64,000 bases of DNA from Eledone cirrhosa (Eukaryota): contig OZ024744.1 in the NCBI GenBank assembly GCA_964016885.1, forward strand, positions 7,688,001-7,752,000. The letters run 5' to 3'. Positions 12,308 through 23,657 of the stretch are shown piece after piece. The notes beneath the pieces are model-generated. The model searched no databases, was not told the origin of the DNA, and saw nothing but the letters and a program-made list of their open reading frames with translations. The position numbers were made by a program, and so were the translations under genes. Every line of letters starts with the position of its first letter. Within the stretch, counting starts at the first letter, position 1.

Positions 12308-14927
12308 CACCACATCACATGCAAAGGTCACCATAGCTCAGTGCTCTGCTCCAACCAACGAACATAACAATGATGACAAGGACGCTTTCTACCAGCAACT
12401 GCAAGATGTAAACAAAACCCCACGTCATGACATCCTGATCATCATGGGAGACATGAACGCACAGATCGGGGGAAGCAGGGTTGGCTTTGAACATGTCCTT
12501 GGCCCCCATGCTTATGGAAACTGCACGGACAACGGGGACAGGTTTGTCCAGTTCTGTGCCATGAACAATATGAAAATCGGCTCGTCACTATTTGACCACA
12601 AGAACATGCACAAGGTCACATGGGCTTCGAACGACCACAGGACCAAGACGCAAATAGACCAAATTGTGATTGGCCCAACTTGGAGAGCTCCTTGCCTGCA
12701 GGACGTCCGAGTCTACCGGGACGCAGATGTCTGCAGTGACCACTATCTGTCTGTTACCAAACTTAAAATGAGACTGAGGAAGCAGAAGAAGAGATCACTC
12801 ACTACAAGGCGTTTTGACACTACCAAGCTGAATAACGGTCACACAGAAGCACAGTTCGAGGCTGCTTTGAGGAACAGATTTGCTGTCCGTGAGGAGTCTG
12901 CACCATGCTAGGTCAATTGGTGGGAGGAAATGAAGAAGACCATGGAAGCTGCAGGGGAAGAAATCCTGGGCTACAGGAAGTCCCTCAGAGAAGCTTGGGT
13001 CAGCGACAACACCTGGCAGCTGATTAATGAAAGGAAAGCCCTACACCAGAAGAGGCATGCCACTACCCCAGAGGCCATCAAGGTATATCAGCAGTATGTT
13101 GACAAGGACAAGGAGGTGAAACGCAGCGCCCAAAAGGACAAACGAATGTGGCTTGAGGGTAAGGCAGAGGAGGCGGAAGCAGTTGCGGCACGCAATGACA
13201 TGCGCTCTGTGTACCAAATTGCCAAGAAAATCACCTACAGCTCTAGAGATAACTCAGGCCCGGTGAAAGCGAAAGATGGTACGCTGCTTTCCAAGGGTGA
13301 AGAAAAGTTAGTCAGATGGGCTGAACATTTCAAGGAAGTCCTCAACCGACCGGATCCACGTGTGCCAGCAGACACTAAGGAACCTATTGGTTTGTTGCCT
13401 ATCAATACTGATGACTTCACCGAGATGGAAGTCCGCATGGCCATCAAAACCCTTAAGAATAACAAGTCACCAGGTATGGATGGCATTTCTGCTGAAATGC
13501 TGAAGTCAGGAGGCGAAAGCAAGGTCAAGTGGATGGGCCACTTATGTAATCTTGTGTGGAACACGGGTGAAGTCCCAGAAGATTGGAGAAACGGAGCGGT
13601 TGTCTGTATCGCCAAGAAGGGCAACCTTGCCGATTGTGACAACTGTAGGGGAGTGACACTTCTCTCCATACCAGGGAAGGTCTATTGTCTGATGATCCTG
13701 AACCGCAAGACCGGGAACTGCGAGAACAACGGGCAGGGTTCCGACCAAAACGTTCCTGTGCAGAGCAGATCTTTACGTTACGCCGCATCATTGAGAGGTA
13801 CAACGAATTCCAGAGGCCCTTCGCCGTCAGCTTCATCGATTTCTCCAAAGCATTCGATAGCATTCATCGGCCGTCACTCTGGAGCATCATGCATGAGTTT
13901 GGTCTGCCCCAGAAAGTCATTTCGGCAATCAAACAGATTTATGCAAACTCCAAGTGCTGCATGTGGACAGAGGATGGTTACAGTGACTGGTTTGAGGTGG
14001 TTACTGGTGTGCGTCAGGGTTGCTCGCGCTCTCCAATTCTCTTTACCATAGCCATTGACTGGGTACTAAGAAGATCGTCTAAAGACCAGGGTATATCTTG
14101 GGTGGGAGAGCAAAAGTTGTCTGACCTGGACTTTGCGGACGATATTGTTGCACTTGCAGAGAGCACAGCTGACCTGCAAATCATTATGAACAATATCAAT
14201 GTCGAAGCAGGAAGCTTAGGTCTCAATATCAGTGCTAAGAAGACCAAAAGCATGTTATCTGGGACACACCCATCACCAACTAGAGTTTTCATTAAACAGG
14301 GGGAGGTGGAGATAGTGGACAACTTCACCTACCTAGGAAGCTCCATTAACAATGGGGGCGCCATGGACAGTGAATTGCAATGTAGAATGGGAAAGGCTTC
14401 AGCAGCATTTAACCAGCTTGACAAGATCTGGAAGAGCAGGAAGTTCACCCTCAAAACAAAGATGAGATTCTACAACAGCAACGTGCTGTCCACACTCTTG
14501 TACGGAAGTGAAACATGGCACCTTAAGACCAGCCAAGTGAAGAAGTTGGACGCATTCGATTCCAGGTGTCTGCGAAAGATCCTGGGGACTAAATGGAGTG
14601 ACCATGTAACAAACCAGGAAGTCAGGAACCGCACCAACCAGCAGCTAGTCTCTTCTGCCATCTGCAAGCGACGCCTGGGATGGTTTGGGCACGCTTTGAG
14701 ACTTCCCCCGGAGAGACTGGCGAACCACGTACTTAAATGGAACCCACAGGGAAGCAGACGGAGAGGGCGACCCAAAATGAACTGGCGCCAGACAGTTGAG
14801 AGGGACCTGCGAGCGACAAACAGACAATGGCGGGACGCTGTGCAACTGGCTGCTGACCGAACGCGGTGGAACACTATGATTGCCTCATGCGCCGCAAGAC
14901 GCGGGAGCTTCTGAGTCTGAGTCTGAG
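12308..14927 (+). mobile_element. RTE-clade LINE, 5'-truncated, (TCTGAG)3 tail, 8-bp TSD TCTAATAT
   Basis: APE motifs (QCSAPT, IIMGDMNAQIG, SDHYL) and RT motifs (KSPGMDGISAEML, QRAGFRPKRSC, FIDFSKAFDS, GVRQGC, DFADDI, LLYGSETW). TSD at 12300-12307 and 14928-14935. The empty site is visible at 8752-8759. Confidence 0.95.
12309..14914 (+). pseudogene. RTE APE-RT polyprotein with one stop (12909-12911) and one frameshift (about 13705)
   Basis: ORFs 12444..12911, 12930..14051 (first part) and 13685..14914 join into one colinear APE-RT. Confidence 0.92.
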
Positions 14928-16064
14928 TCTAATATGAGTTATGAGGGAAGTTGATTTTGTATTTTATGTAGATAAATATATAATTAAAAATAAAATTAAA
15001 TTAACGGAGTTAAGTATAATATTTATATGATTGAAAATGAAAGATAACTCCGATTTTATGTGTTAATCGTTAGTGTGAGATTACTTAATTATTTAGTCGA
15101 AAGAAGTATGGATGTTTAGGATACATTTACTGGTTATTAATCTACGTTTAAAGAATAGCTTTAGAGGGTGTCATTGTACTTAATAAAGAATTAAGAAATA
15201 AAAAAAGTGAAAAATTAAAAATTAATTTTGCATTACTGATACTTTATTTTATCGACCCCGTAATGAGTTTTGTTTATTGAAGAATATAAAAACATGTATG
15301 AATAAGTAACCTTTTAAGAACAAGGTTGAGATTGACCAATAGTAAAAATAGGAAGGGACAATATAGATCATTAAGCTGGTAGTAGTAGATGAATAAATTA
15401 GCAGTCAGGGGATGAGGTATCAAATGACCTTTAAGAAAAGAAAAGAAAGTTGTGAATGTAAAGGAATTTCGACAGATTGTATAGAAAAGTGTGTACGGTC
15501 AAGGAAGATTAAAGTTGGAGGAAAAGAGGTGTAGATATCAGTGTGTTATAACTAGTAGAATAGTATAGAACAATCCTAACTATTTGTTATTTCTCTGTTC
15601 AAGAAGAATAATTTGTTCTAAAAATAGAACAAATAGAGGAATATAGATGGAACCAAAGAAAAGTAAAATTTAGATAAAAAAATATATAGGTACGAAAATA
15701 ATAAAATGTGTGTAAGTATTGTATTGTGTTAGAGTGGTAGAATGAAGTTTTACCTGTAGCGAATTTTATTTTCGAATAAGAAATCACATTAATAATCTGG
15801 TTTTCTTAATAGGTTTAAGTGCATGTCTGTTAAAGTTTTGTTAGAGTGATGAATATAATGTAATATATAGTGCTCATTAGTAGTTAATTATTTAAAACAG
15901 TTATAGGGATGAGATATAGGATTGAATCTATGAATTGATTCTAATAGCAAAATATATATATATATATATATAAATATATATACACACACACACACATATA
16001 TATATATAGAGAGAGAGAAAGAGAGAGAGATTGCAATAATCAAAGTTCAGTTTGAATCATTTAT

Positions 16065-16113
16065 TTGCTTACAATTGTTTCCTCCAAACCAAGGTTTGGA
16101 TTCTTCGGAGCAA
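16065..16113 (-). ncRNA. Minimal hammerhead ribozyme, CCGAAGA core variant
   Basis: Minus strand: TTGCT-CCGAAGA-ATCCAAACC(TT)GGTTTGGAG-GAAA-CAATTG-TA^AGCAA. Confidence 0.8.
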
Positions 16114-17048
16114 CTATTAAGTGATCTATAACATACTTGACCTCCTTTTCAACACAAGAGACATATAAAAACATATGCATATATTGACCCACAGTGTGAT
16201 GACATCCATCAAAATGATATAGCATGGCAATGTACATATAAAGGTTAAAGGATAAAAATAAAAGTAAAAATAAAAATGAAACATTGGCAGTTTATGAAGA
16301 TAAAGCGAGAGGAAAGTTTACAGTAGTCAGTGTATGAAACAATCTCACGTGTAGCATGCACGCGTGTCTTATTTATACAGGATTAGAGTGCGGCAGATTG
16401 TTAGTTGCAGGATCAGGCAGTTGAAGCAGGCAATCGATATTATTATGTGGGCTGTATTGTTAAATCATTTTTTCGCATACACCTGTATGGTATACAATCC
16501 CGAATGTAGAGAAACACCACAATATCAAAAATATCAAACATATTATAAAACATATTATAACATAGGCAAAACAGTACCACTGTCTTCGCGCACACCACCA
16601 CTCACATAATCCATGAAACGCAATATATAGACTACAGGTTTATCATATAATCCACGATGGTTCAGCATATAACCAAGTTATAAACCATATCTTGTCGATT
16701 TTTAATTAATAGATCATGTTATTTAGTTTTGTGAGATGATATTATATTCTGGAAGTGTGTGTGTGACCAAGGGGAGTTAATGCGTAAGGGGAGTTAATGT
16801 GTAAGGGGAGGTAACTAGCTGATTTTCTTAGTTAAATTTATTATCCTAAATTACATTAATGGTGTTTCAAATAAGTGCCTATATGATGTTATAACTAATT
16901 TCTAGATTATGTTACTTATCTATAGGTTACAGTGTAGTCTATTAAGAAGTACTAAAGGTGTATATATCTGTGGGTCAATATATGCATATGTTTTTATATG
17001 TCTCTTGTGTTGAAAAGGAGGTCAAGTATGTTATAGATCACTAAATAG

Positions 17049-17097
17049 TTGCTCCGAAGAATCCAAACCTCGGTTTGGAGGAAACAATTGTAAGCAA
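17049..17097 (+). ncRNA. Minimal hammerhead ribozyme, CCGAAGA core variant
   Basis: TTGCT-CCGAAGA-ATCCAAACC(TC)GGTTTGGAG-GAAA-CAATTG-TA^AGCAA; palindromic stem III ACAATTGT. Confidence 0.8.
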
Positions 17098-17344
17098 ATA
17101 AATGATTTAAACTGAACTTTGATTATTGTAATCTCTATATAACTGCTCTGTAAAACAACCGATGTTATTACATTGAGCTATTTATTTTACTGGTAATAAC
17201 ATAGTAATGAATGACTATCTTTCACTATTTGGGGTTTGTATAAAAAAGATATATAACCATAGAAGGTTTTATTATATACATAACCATAAATAGTATCCTT
17301 AATACTATATATATATATATATATATATAGTTTTAATATAGATG

Positions 17345-17395
17345 AGATTCTACAGGACTAGAACTGTTTCATTCTTTAGAAATCGTCAGGAATCT
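17345..17395 (-). ncRNA. Type-I hammerhead ribozyme
   Basis: Minus strand: AGATTC-CTGACGA-TTTC(TAAA)GAAT-GAA-ACAG(TTCTAGTC)CTGT-A^GAATCT; 6-bp stem I, 4-bp stem III, U.U at base of stem II. Confidence 0.8.
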
Positions 17396-17582
17396 GGGTA
17401 TCAAAAAATAAGTATGGTATTTATAGGTCTCTACAAGTGGTAGGAGAGGGTGGGGAGTGGGATGGGTGTAGGTCATTGGTTGATAGAAAAGGGAATTCAT
17501 TAAAAGCTAATTATTCAAAGCTATAGTTTATTTTTAGAGTAACAAAGGCAGAAAGAATTCTATAAACAAGTTTTGGATACCC

Positions 17583-17633
17583 AGATTCCTGATGATTTCT
17601 AAAGAATGAAAAAGTTCTAGTCCTGTAGAATCT
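17583..17633 (+). ncRNA. Type-I hammerhead ribozyme (one stem III mismatch)
   Basis: AGATTC-CTGATGA-TTTCTAAAGAAT-GAA-AAAG(TTCTAGTC)CTGT-A^GAATCT. Confidence 0.7.
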
Positions 17634-17716
17634 CATCTATATTAAAACTTTTATACTCTGCAATGTATTGAGTACCCTACTTACTGTGGTCACCGCCGAT
17701 TCAACCCGAAATAACG

Positions 17717-17785
<69 letters not shown>

Positions 17786-17818
17786 TTTGCTCTTAGAATC
17801 AATCCATAGATTCAATCC

Positions 17819-17851
<33 letters not shown>

Positions 17852-18099
17852 TTTCTTTTATATGTTTTCTTTATTTGTTTAGTTGTATTCATAATATTTG
17901 AATTTCTTTCTAATTCTATGGTTACATGCGATAATTAATTCCTGTCTTTTATTTAATAGAATGTTCAATGAAATAGGTAATATATGATTTGATTTATTGT
18001 GAGAATTAAGATATAAGATGTTATTATTAACTGCTTTTTTAAGATTAATGGAGTTGGGTGTTTTCGTATAGTTTGTAGTAATTTTATTAGGTAGGTTAT

Positions 18100-18128
18100 T
18101 GCTGGCCTTGTGCCTAAAGTAGAAACAA
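18100..18128 (+). mobile_element. 29-bp SINE 3' tail with 16-bp TSD
   Basis: tgctggccttgtgcctaaagtagaaacaa (same as the SINE end at 44253-44281) between two copies of TTATTAGGTAGGTTAT (18084-18099, 18129-18144). Confidence 0.85.
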
Positions 18129-18416
18129 TTATTAGGTAGGTTATAGAAGTATTCAGAAGCGTTAGGATTGATGATTTTTAGAGAGTTTGTGTCATGAGTA
18201 ATGGTAGGATCTAGGTTTTTCGGTGCTTTATTGCTGGCATTACATTTTAGGTCTTTCTTTTGGTGTTTGTTGTTTATGTTTGGTTGTATGTTGGAGGTAT
18301 TTATAGTGTTAAGTATGTAAAATATTTTATCCTTGTAGCCACTTCTAGTTAAAGCCTCATTATAATAAGGTGCATTTTTATAGAATATTTTTTCATTAGA
18401 TGATAATTTAGATAAT

Positions 18417-18580
18417 TGTTTCTACTTTTGGCACAAGGCCTGCAATTACTCAGTGCATTACTGGTACTTTATTTTATCGACCCGGGAAGGATGAAAGGCA
18501 AAGTTAACTGCGGCGGGATTTGAACTCAGAATGGCAAGGGCCGTAATTCTATGCCCTTACCATTCTGAGTTCAAATCAAA
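18417..18580 (-). mobile_element. 5'-truncated SINE with 5' inverted duplication and 20-bp TSD
   Basis: TSD TAGATGATAATTTAGATAAT at 18397-18416 and 18581-18600; gatttgaactcagaatggcaagggc is mirrored by gcccttaccattctgagttcaaatc. Confidence 0.88.
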
Positions 18581-19162
18581 TAGATGATAATTTAGATAAT
18601 CTGAGTGAGATATTGTACACTAGATTTTTAGTATGGAACCAGGGTGGTTAGATTGAGAGTGTATATAATTGAGGTTTTGGTTTTGTTTGTGGTAGGGTTG
18701 GTAAATGTCTGTTGATAGGTGTAAAGTGATGTCGAGGAAATTGACCATTTTAGTGCTATTTTCAAAAGTAATGGTAGGATTATAGTAATCTTTGAGGAAT
18801 CTCCTAATTTGTTTTTTATTTCTCTCAATTGCTGAGAGACTAAGATTGTTAGATAGAAGAAGACAGTCATCGCGATATAGACCACCATTGAGGTGGGGAA
18901 AAGAGGTATTTAAATTATATAGGAGAAAGAGGCCCACAAGGTCCGTAACCTGGGCGGAATCCATCGACCCCATAGTGATATCGTATAAATTACTATATGT
19001 GTTTCTAGTCCAATACTCGTCTTCGAAGTCCATTAGTGTTTGTCTGGCGTGTGTGATGATCTTAATGTCCTTCATAGTTATGTCCGATCTATTTTTGGCG
19101 AAAATTAATGTTTTGTTCAGTAGTATGGGGAATATTGATGAATAGTATGTATCGATGTCGAA

Positions 19163-19246
<84 letters not shown>

Positions 19247-19475
19247 CCCAGGATCAATCGGGGGTAAACGAGAACTGTTTCATTCAGAGGCTTTCCAGAT
19301 GATTTCCTCCTAATGAGACAGTTCTAGTGCTGTAGAAGCCATGTCTATATTAAATATTTATACTCTGCTATCTATTGAGGACCTTACTTACTGGGGTTAC
19401 CCCCGATTGAACCTGGGATACACACATACACGCACACACATGAGACAGTTCTAGTCCTGTAGAAGTCATTTCTAT

Positions 19476-19535
<60 letters not shown>

Positions 19536-19669
19536 TAGAAGTTGTATTTAATTTGTTGGAAGTCCGACAAACATAAATGTTTATAACTTATTTAGAGCAC
19601 TCAACAGCTTACTGGAGTAAATATTCAATGATATTAAATAAATGGAAACTATATTTATAAAACCATATT

Positions 19670-19734
19670 TATTTTATTATATATATTTCAAGGGTAACCA
19701 AGACAACATTGGTACGCTTTCATCAGATAAAATA
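19670..19734 (-). ncRNA. Minimal hammerhead ribozyme
   Basis: Minus strand: TATTTTAT-CTGATGA-AAGCGTACCAATGTTGTCTTGGTTACCCTT-GAAA-TATATA-TA^ATAAAATA. Confidence 0.82.
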
Positions 19735-19872
19735 CAAAGTTTGTTTTATAAATAGAGAGATACCCATGAAAATCATACCTTATCGGTTGGAAATCCAGTG
19801 ACTATCCATTGAATTTCCAACCGATAAGGTATGATTTTCATAGGTATGTCTCTATTTATAAAACAAACTTTG

Positions 19873-19937
19873 TATTTTATCTGATGAAAGCGTACCAATG
19901 TTGTCTTGGTTAGCCTTGAAATATATATAATAAAATA
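19873..19937 (+). ncRNA. Minimal hammerhead ribozyme
   Basis: TATTTTAT-CTGATGA-AAGCGTACCAATGTTGTCTTGGTTAGCCTT-GAAA-TATATA-TA^ATAAAATA; perfect 8-bp stem I, palindromic ATATATAT stem III. Confidence 0.82.
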
Positions 19938-19978
19938 AATATGGTTTAATAAATATAGTTTCCATTTATTTAATATCA

Positions 19979-20051
<73 letters not shown>

Positions 20052-20056
20052 AGTGT

Positions 20057-20149
<93 letters not shown>

Positions 20150-20271
20150 TGTTTGTGTGTTACATTCAAAAGTATAGATGTCATGTTTGTGAGAATCTCA
20201 AACATGTGCCATATCACCTATAGGAGAAGCTCAAAGGAAGATTCCAAGGATTAAATCCGAGCATTTATTAT

Positions 20272-21901
20272 AAAATATCGATTGATATGTCCATATATAT
20301 CAATTGACATATACATATAAAATAATATATCCAACATTAAGAGGAGATAATCTGTAAAGAATGTAAGACCACATAATTCTGTAAGGTGACATAGTAAAAT
20401 TTAATATATATATACCTGGCAATAATTATTTATATTTTTTCGTACATATTCCATTACTGCTGTTGAAGTATATTTCACCAATAAATAGTGTAGTTCAATA
20501 GTCATTGTTGGATCGTCAGCGAAGGGAAGGGGGTCGTTAACGTGCTCTGATGTTGGTTTTGAATAGTTTTTAGGATTTCCCTGTTCAGCAGCCAGTACGT
20601 TAAAGAAAATTGATAGTTACAACAATAAAGGTTGAACAGAGAACACATTTTTTAACAAACAATAATTTCTATAATTTGTACAACCATAATGGAAATTCCA
20701 AGTAACAGAAAATATTCAAGTTACATTGTTAGAGCCTCAGAGTATACAATATTTTTTGTTCGGCCCTCCGGAGCAAAGATGTAGAGATTGTTTGGTGTAC
20801 TCACCCTAGAACATCCTACATACAATTGACCATGGGAGAATCACTGATTTCGTAGCTTGTCTCGCAGAGAAGCCCTGTAGACGTTGACCTCTGGACACTC
20901 CAGTCAGGAGCAGGTAAGCTGTAGTGACTTAGAGGCCTACCACCAATCTCCAGGACACTGTTTTCAAGACAAATGAGCGCCTCATTGAAAACGACATCGT
21001 ATATTACGTTTGGATTGTGTCTATGTGTGCGGTGGAGGATGTCCTCAGATAGTCTTTCACGGTAGTTGTTCCACAGTGCGAGAGGGTCGGCGAGATCGCA
21101 GTTGTGCAGCATAATAGCAAAAACGTTTACGCAGCTGAGAAGGGACTTTAGCAGTTGCTGCTTCTTTCAGGGTGAGGTGCCAATGGCTGTCATCGTGTAA
21201 CATACCACGCATCTGGCAAGCCAAACTGTAAGTGGAACATTGATGGCCATTGATGGTTCTCAGATCTTGGAAAGACTGTGGTCCTCTAACCTCGAACAAT
21301 AACAATGACGATAAGCCGTCTGTTTTTCGTGAAATAAATAGGTTTTTGTTTTTGTTTATGCAAAAATATCTGTACACGAATATATATATTAAAATAACAG
21401 ATTAAAGTTTAAGCAAAGAATCGCTGCTGTCACCTTTAACGGGATCTTCTGAAACTAAAAAAATCCGTCTGTGAACGCATAAGTTAATATTTCGAAAACC
21501 GTTATCTAATGCAGACAGCCAGACATACAGAGACATATCATACGGGCGCGACGTTATAGCTATGTATCTATCTAAAAAGACAGACTAAGAAAGAATGAGG
21601 AATGACGTGATAACCGGAAGTGTTGACATTTGAAATTTTAAAGAAGTGAATATTTAAATAATGTTTTTAATCTTTTAACAAAATTCATTACACAAAAATA
21701 CCCTCACTTTTTTACTTGGAAAAAGTTACATCTATGGTGCAAATGTGGTGCTGTTTGGTCCAGTCGTTTGGCGGAAAGTTTGTTACTTACATACTTTATA
21801 GTATAGATTACTTTCTTTACAGATTATCTCCCCTTAATGTTGGATATATTATTTTATATGTATATGTCAATTGATATATATAGACATATCAATCGATATT
21901 A
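20272..21901. repeat. About 94-bp inverted repeat pair (20272-20365 / 21808-21901) enclosing the Helitron remnant
   Basis: aatatcgattgatatgtccatatatatcaattgacatatacatataaaataatatatccaacattaag... is mirrored at 21808-21901. Confidence 0.88.
20580..21807 (-). mobile_element. Internally deleted Helitron
   Basis: Minus-strand 5' end A|TCTATACTATAAAG at 21807. Rep-helicase linker LLLFEVRGPQSFQDLRTING...ACQMRGMLHDDSHW and DPLALWNNYRERLSEDI. Pif1 C-terminus read manually: FSHGQLYVGCSRV...TKNIVYSEALTM* ending at 20721. The 3' CTRR end was not resolved. Confidence 0.85.
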
Positions 21902-21914
21902 TATATATATATAT

Positions 21915-22302
21915 ATGTATAGAAATTTCGTATTTCGAAAGAAATAGCATTTTAGGAAGCCTTAGCTATGCGAACACTGGGGGGGGAGGGGTTAATGCCC
22001 TCTGGTGTTGTCCAGCAGAAGCAAGGGGGGACAACCGTCTAGGCATTTCAGGCTTAACTAACCATCGTCAGGACGATCCCTCCCACCGCTTGCGACTGCT
22101 GGACTAGAAAACAGTCGAGAATATATAGTTTTCTCGTCTGTGTAAATGAGGTGATTAATCTCATTTGCATATGAAGCTGCATAAGTTGGCTCAACTTATA
22201 ATAGAAAAGCAATAAGATTTTGCTTCAAACATAGCTTTATACAATATGTATAGAAATTTCGTATCTCCAAAGAAATACAGTTTTAGGAAACCGTAGCTAT
22301 GT

Positions 22303-22308
<6 letters not shown>
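21915..22308 (+). repeat. 331-bp-period unit with about 63-bp direct terminal repeats, between microsatellites
   Basis: atgtatagaaatttcgtat...ttttaggaa.cc.tagctatg..aacac at 21915-21977 and 22246-22308. Confidence 0.75.
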
Positions 22309-22392
<84 letters not shown>

Positions 22393-23446
22393 TAAATAGT
22401 GGAATATTAAGAAAGCTAATGATATTTAACTCTGGATCATTTTAAGTCGAGTAAGATATATATTCAAAGATCTTCGAGCCTTGATTAACCCGCATATTAT
22501 TATTTTCAGTCATTGGACAAAATAATTCCATTTGCATTTACATTTTTAAAAAATATGATAGGATCTGATTTTAGAGAGATTGCACTACATTTTATATCCG
22601 GTTGAGTACCCTTGTAATACTTCCTTCGTTAGGTTATAAGAGTTTTAAGCTCTTGATGTAAGCCTTAAACAAGCACGCCTGTTTTTAACGTTATACCTAC
22701 TGTGTCCACTGCTAATGTTACTCTTAGATTGGTCATCTGATATACTTTATACTAAAGACAACCAATAGAACTGAACTCCAAACCTTGCTGTTCCATAACA
22801 AACCCTTCAACAATATAGTTATGCCTGTTTCTATAGATAATATGTAGGTAGACATCATCACCTATGTGGAGTATTTGATGAGACAATACGCTAAGTTGTA
22901 TGACATTGTCCTATACTTACTCCGACTAAAATATATTTGGAGAGACAACGAATCGATTAAACATCAAAAGACACATCCTGGTACTGATACAAAATTACAC
23001 TATACACTATGCTTTAAAATTAACAATGAGATAATATTTTGGAACTTTAACATACCACAATATAGAATTTCTTAAAACTGTCAGCATTGTCTAAGACGTA
23101 AATGAACGAAGAGTCTGAACAATCGAGCTAGAGTATTAAATGACTAAAATGTTGTATAGAAGGGAGCAGAAAAGTTAAGAAACTACACCGATATGGCTTT
23201 TGATCTAAATTATTTTGACAGGTAATATGGTTATCATTCCGTTTGTAGCCAGAGTAGCTTAAGTGATACATAATCATTTATGTAAAGTCATTATAAAATT
23301 ACCTTTAAGGATAGACATAGGCGCATTCTAGAAAATAGCTATACTAAGGTATTGTTAATGCATTCTGAAACTCCATTTTCTTTTTCCGTGGTAAGTTTGG
23401 AAGAAGAAAAAACCTTGAATGAAATTAATGTTTAATATTAAACATA

Positions 23447-23657
23447 TTTATGGTGGTAGATTGGTAGAACTCGAGATGGAATTGCATTTGCGTTATTTGC
23501 TCTGGCTCTTAACAGAGTTCAAATCCCGCCAAGGTCAACGTTACTTTTCATCCTTTCGGAGTCGATAAAATAACCTACCAGTCATGTACTAGGGATGATT
23601 TAATCAACTTTTCCCTTCCTGCAAAAATTTACAGAGTTCCTGCGTAAGTTAGAAATC
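23447..23657 (+). mobile_element. tRNA-derived SINE (Meta-like core)
   Basis: Box-B-like gagttcaaatccc, core cttttcatcctttcggagtcgataaaataa; flanking direct repeat TATTAAACATA. Confidence 0.8.

Larger units (their letters stand above)
8055..15222 (-). mobile_element. Penelope-like element (Hydra-type) with two direct pseudo-LTRs; upstream pLTR interrupted by an RTE LINE
   Basis: 8055-9070 is repeated at 11605-12307 plus 14928-15222 with high identity. A degraded RT plus GIY-YIG ORF lies between them. The 3' end abuts (TA)n at 7943-8054. Confidence 0.9.
16025..17137. mobile_element. Non-coding element with about 165-bp terminal inverted repeats, each carrying a hammerhead (PLE pLTR-derived)
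   Basis: 16028-16194 is the reverse complement of 16967-17134; flanked by TA/GA microsatellite. Confidence 0.8.
17329..17718. mobile_element. Short inverted-repeat element with two hammerheads, nested in (TA)n
   Basis: 17329-17408 is the reverse complement of about 17570-17649. Related copies at 19244-19480 and 26015-26095. Confidence 0.8.
17850..19160 (-). pseudogene. PLE (Hydra-type) RT fragment interrupted by two SINE insertions
   Basis: ORF 18620..19075: YDITMGSMDSAQVTDLVG, GGLYRDDCL, NFLDITL, SNHP. Confidence 0.88.
19532..19979. mobile_element. Palindromic solo-pLTR derivative of the 8055-15222 PLE family
   Basis: 19532-19795 is homologous to 8055-8315 and 11605-11860; arms about 19629-19800 and 19807-19978 are inverted; (TA)n on both sides. 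Confidence 0.88.

Noticed and set aside
13235-14874. Minus-strand ORFs over the RTE, and antisense ORFs over PLE and Dong elements
   Set aside because: Shadow ORFs of retroelement coding sequence with no recognisable motifs
16025-17137. DNA-transposon MITE interpretation of the inverted-repeat elements
   Set aside because: No transposase-type TIR ends or defined TSD; the arms carry hammerheads and, in related cases, match PLE pLTRs
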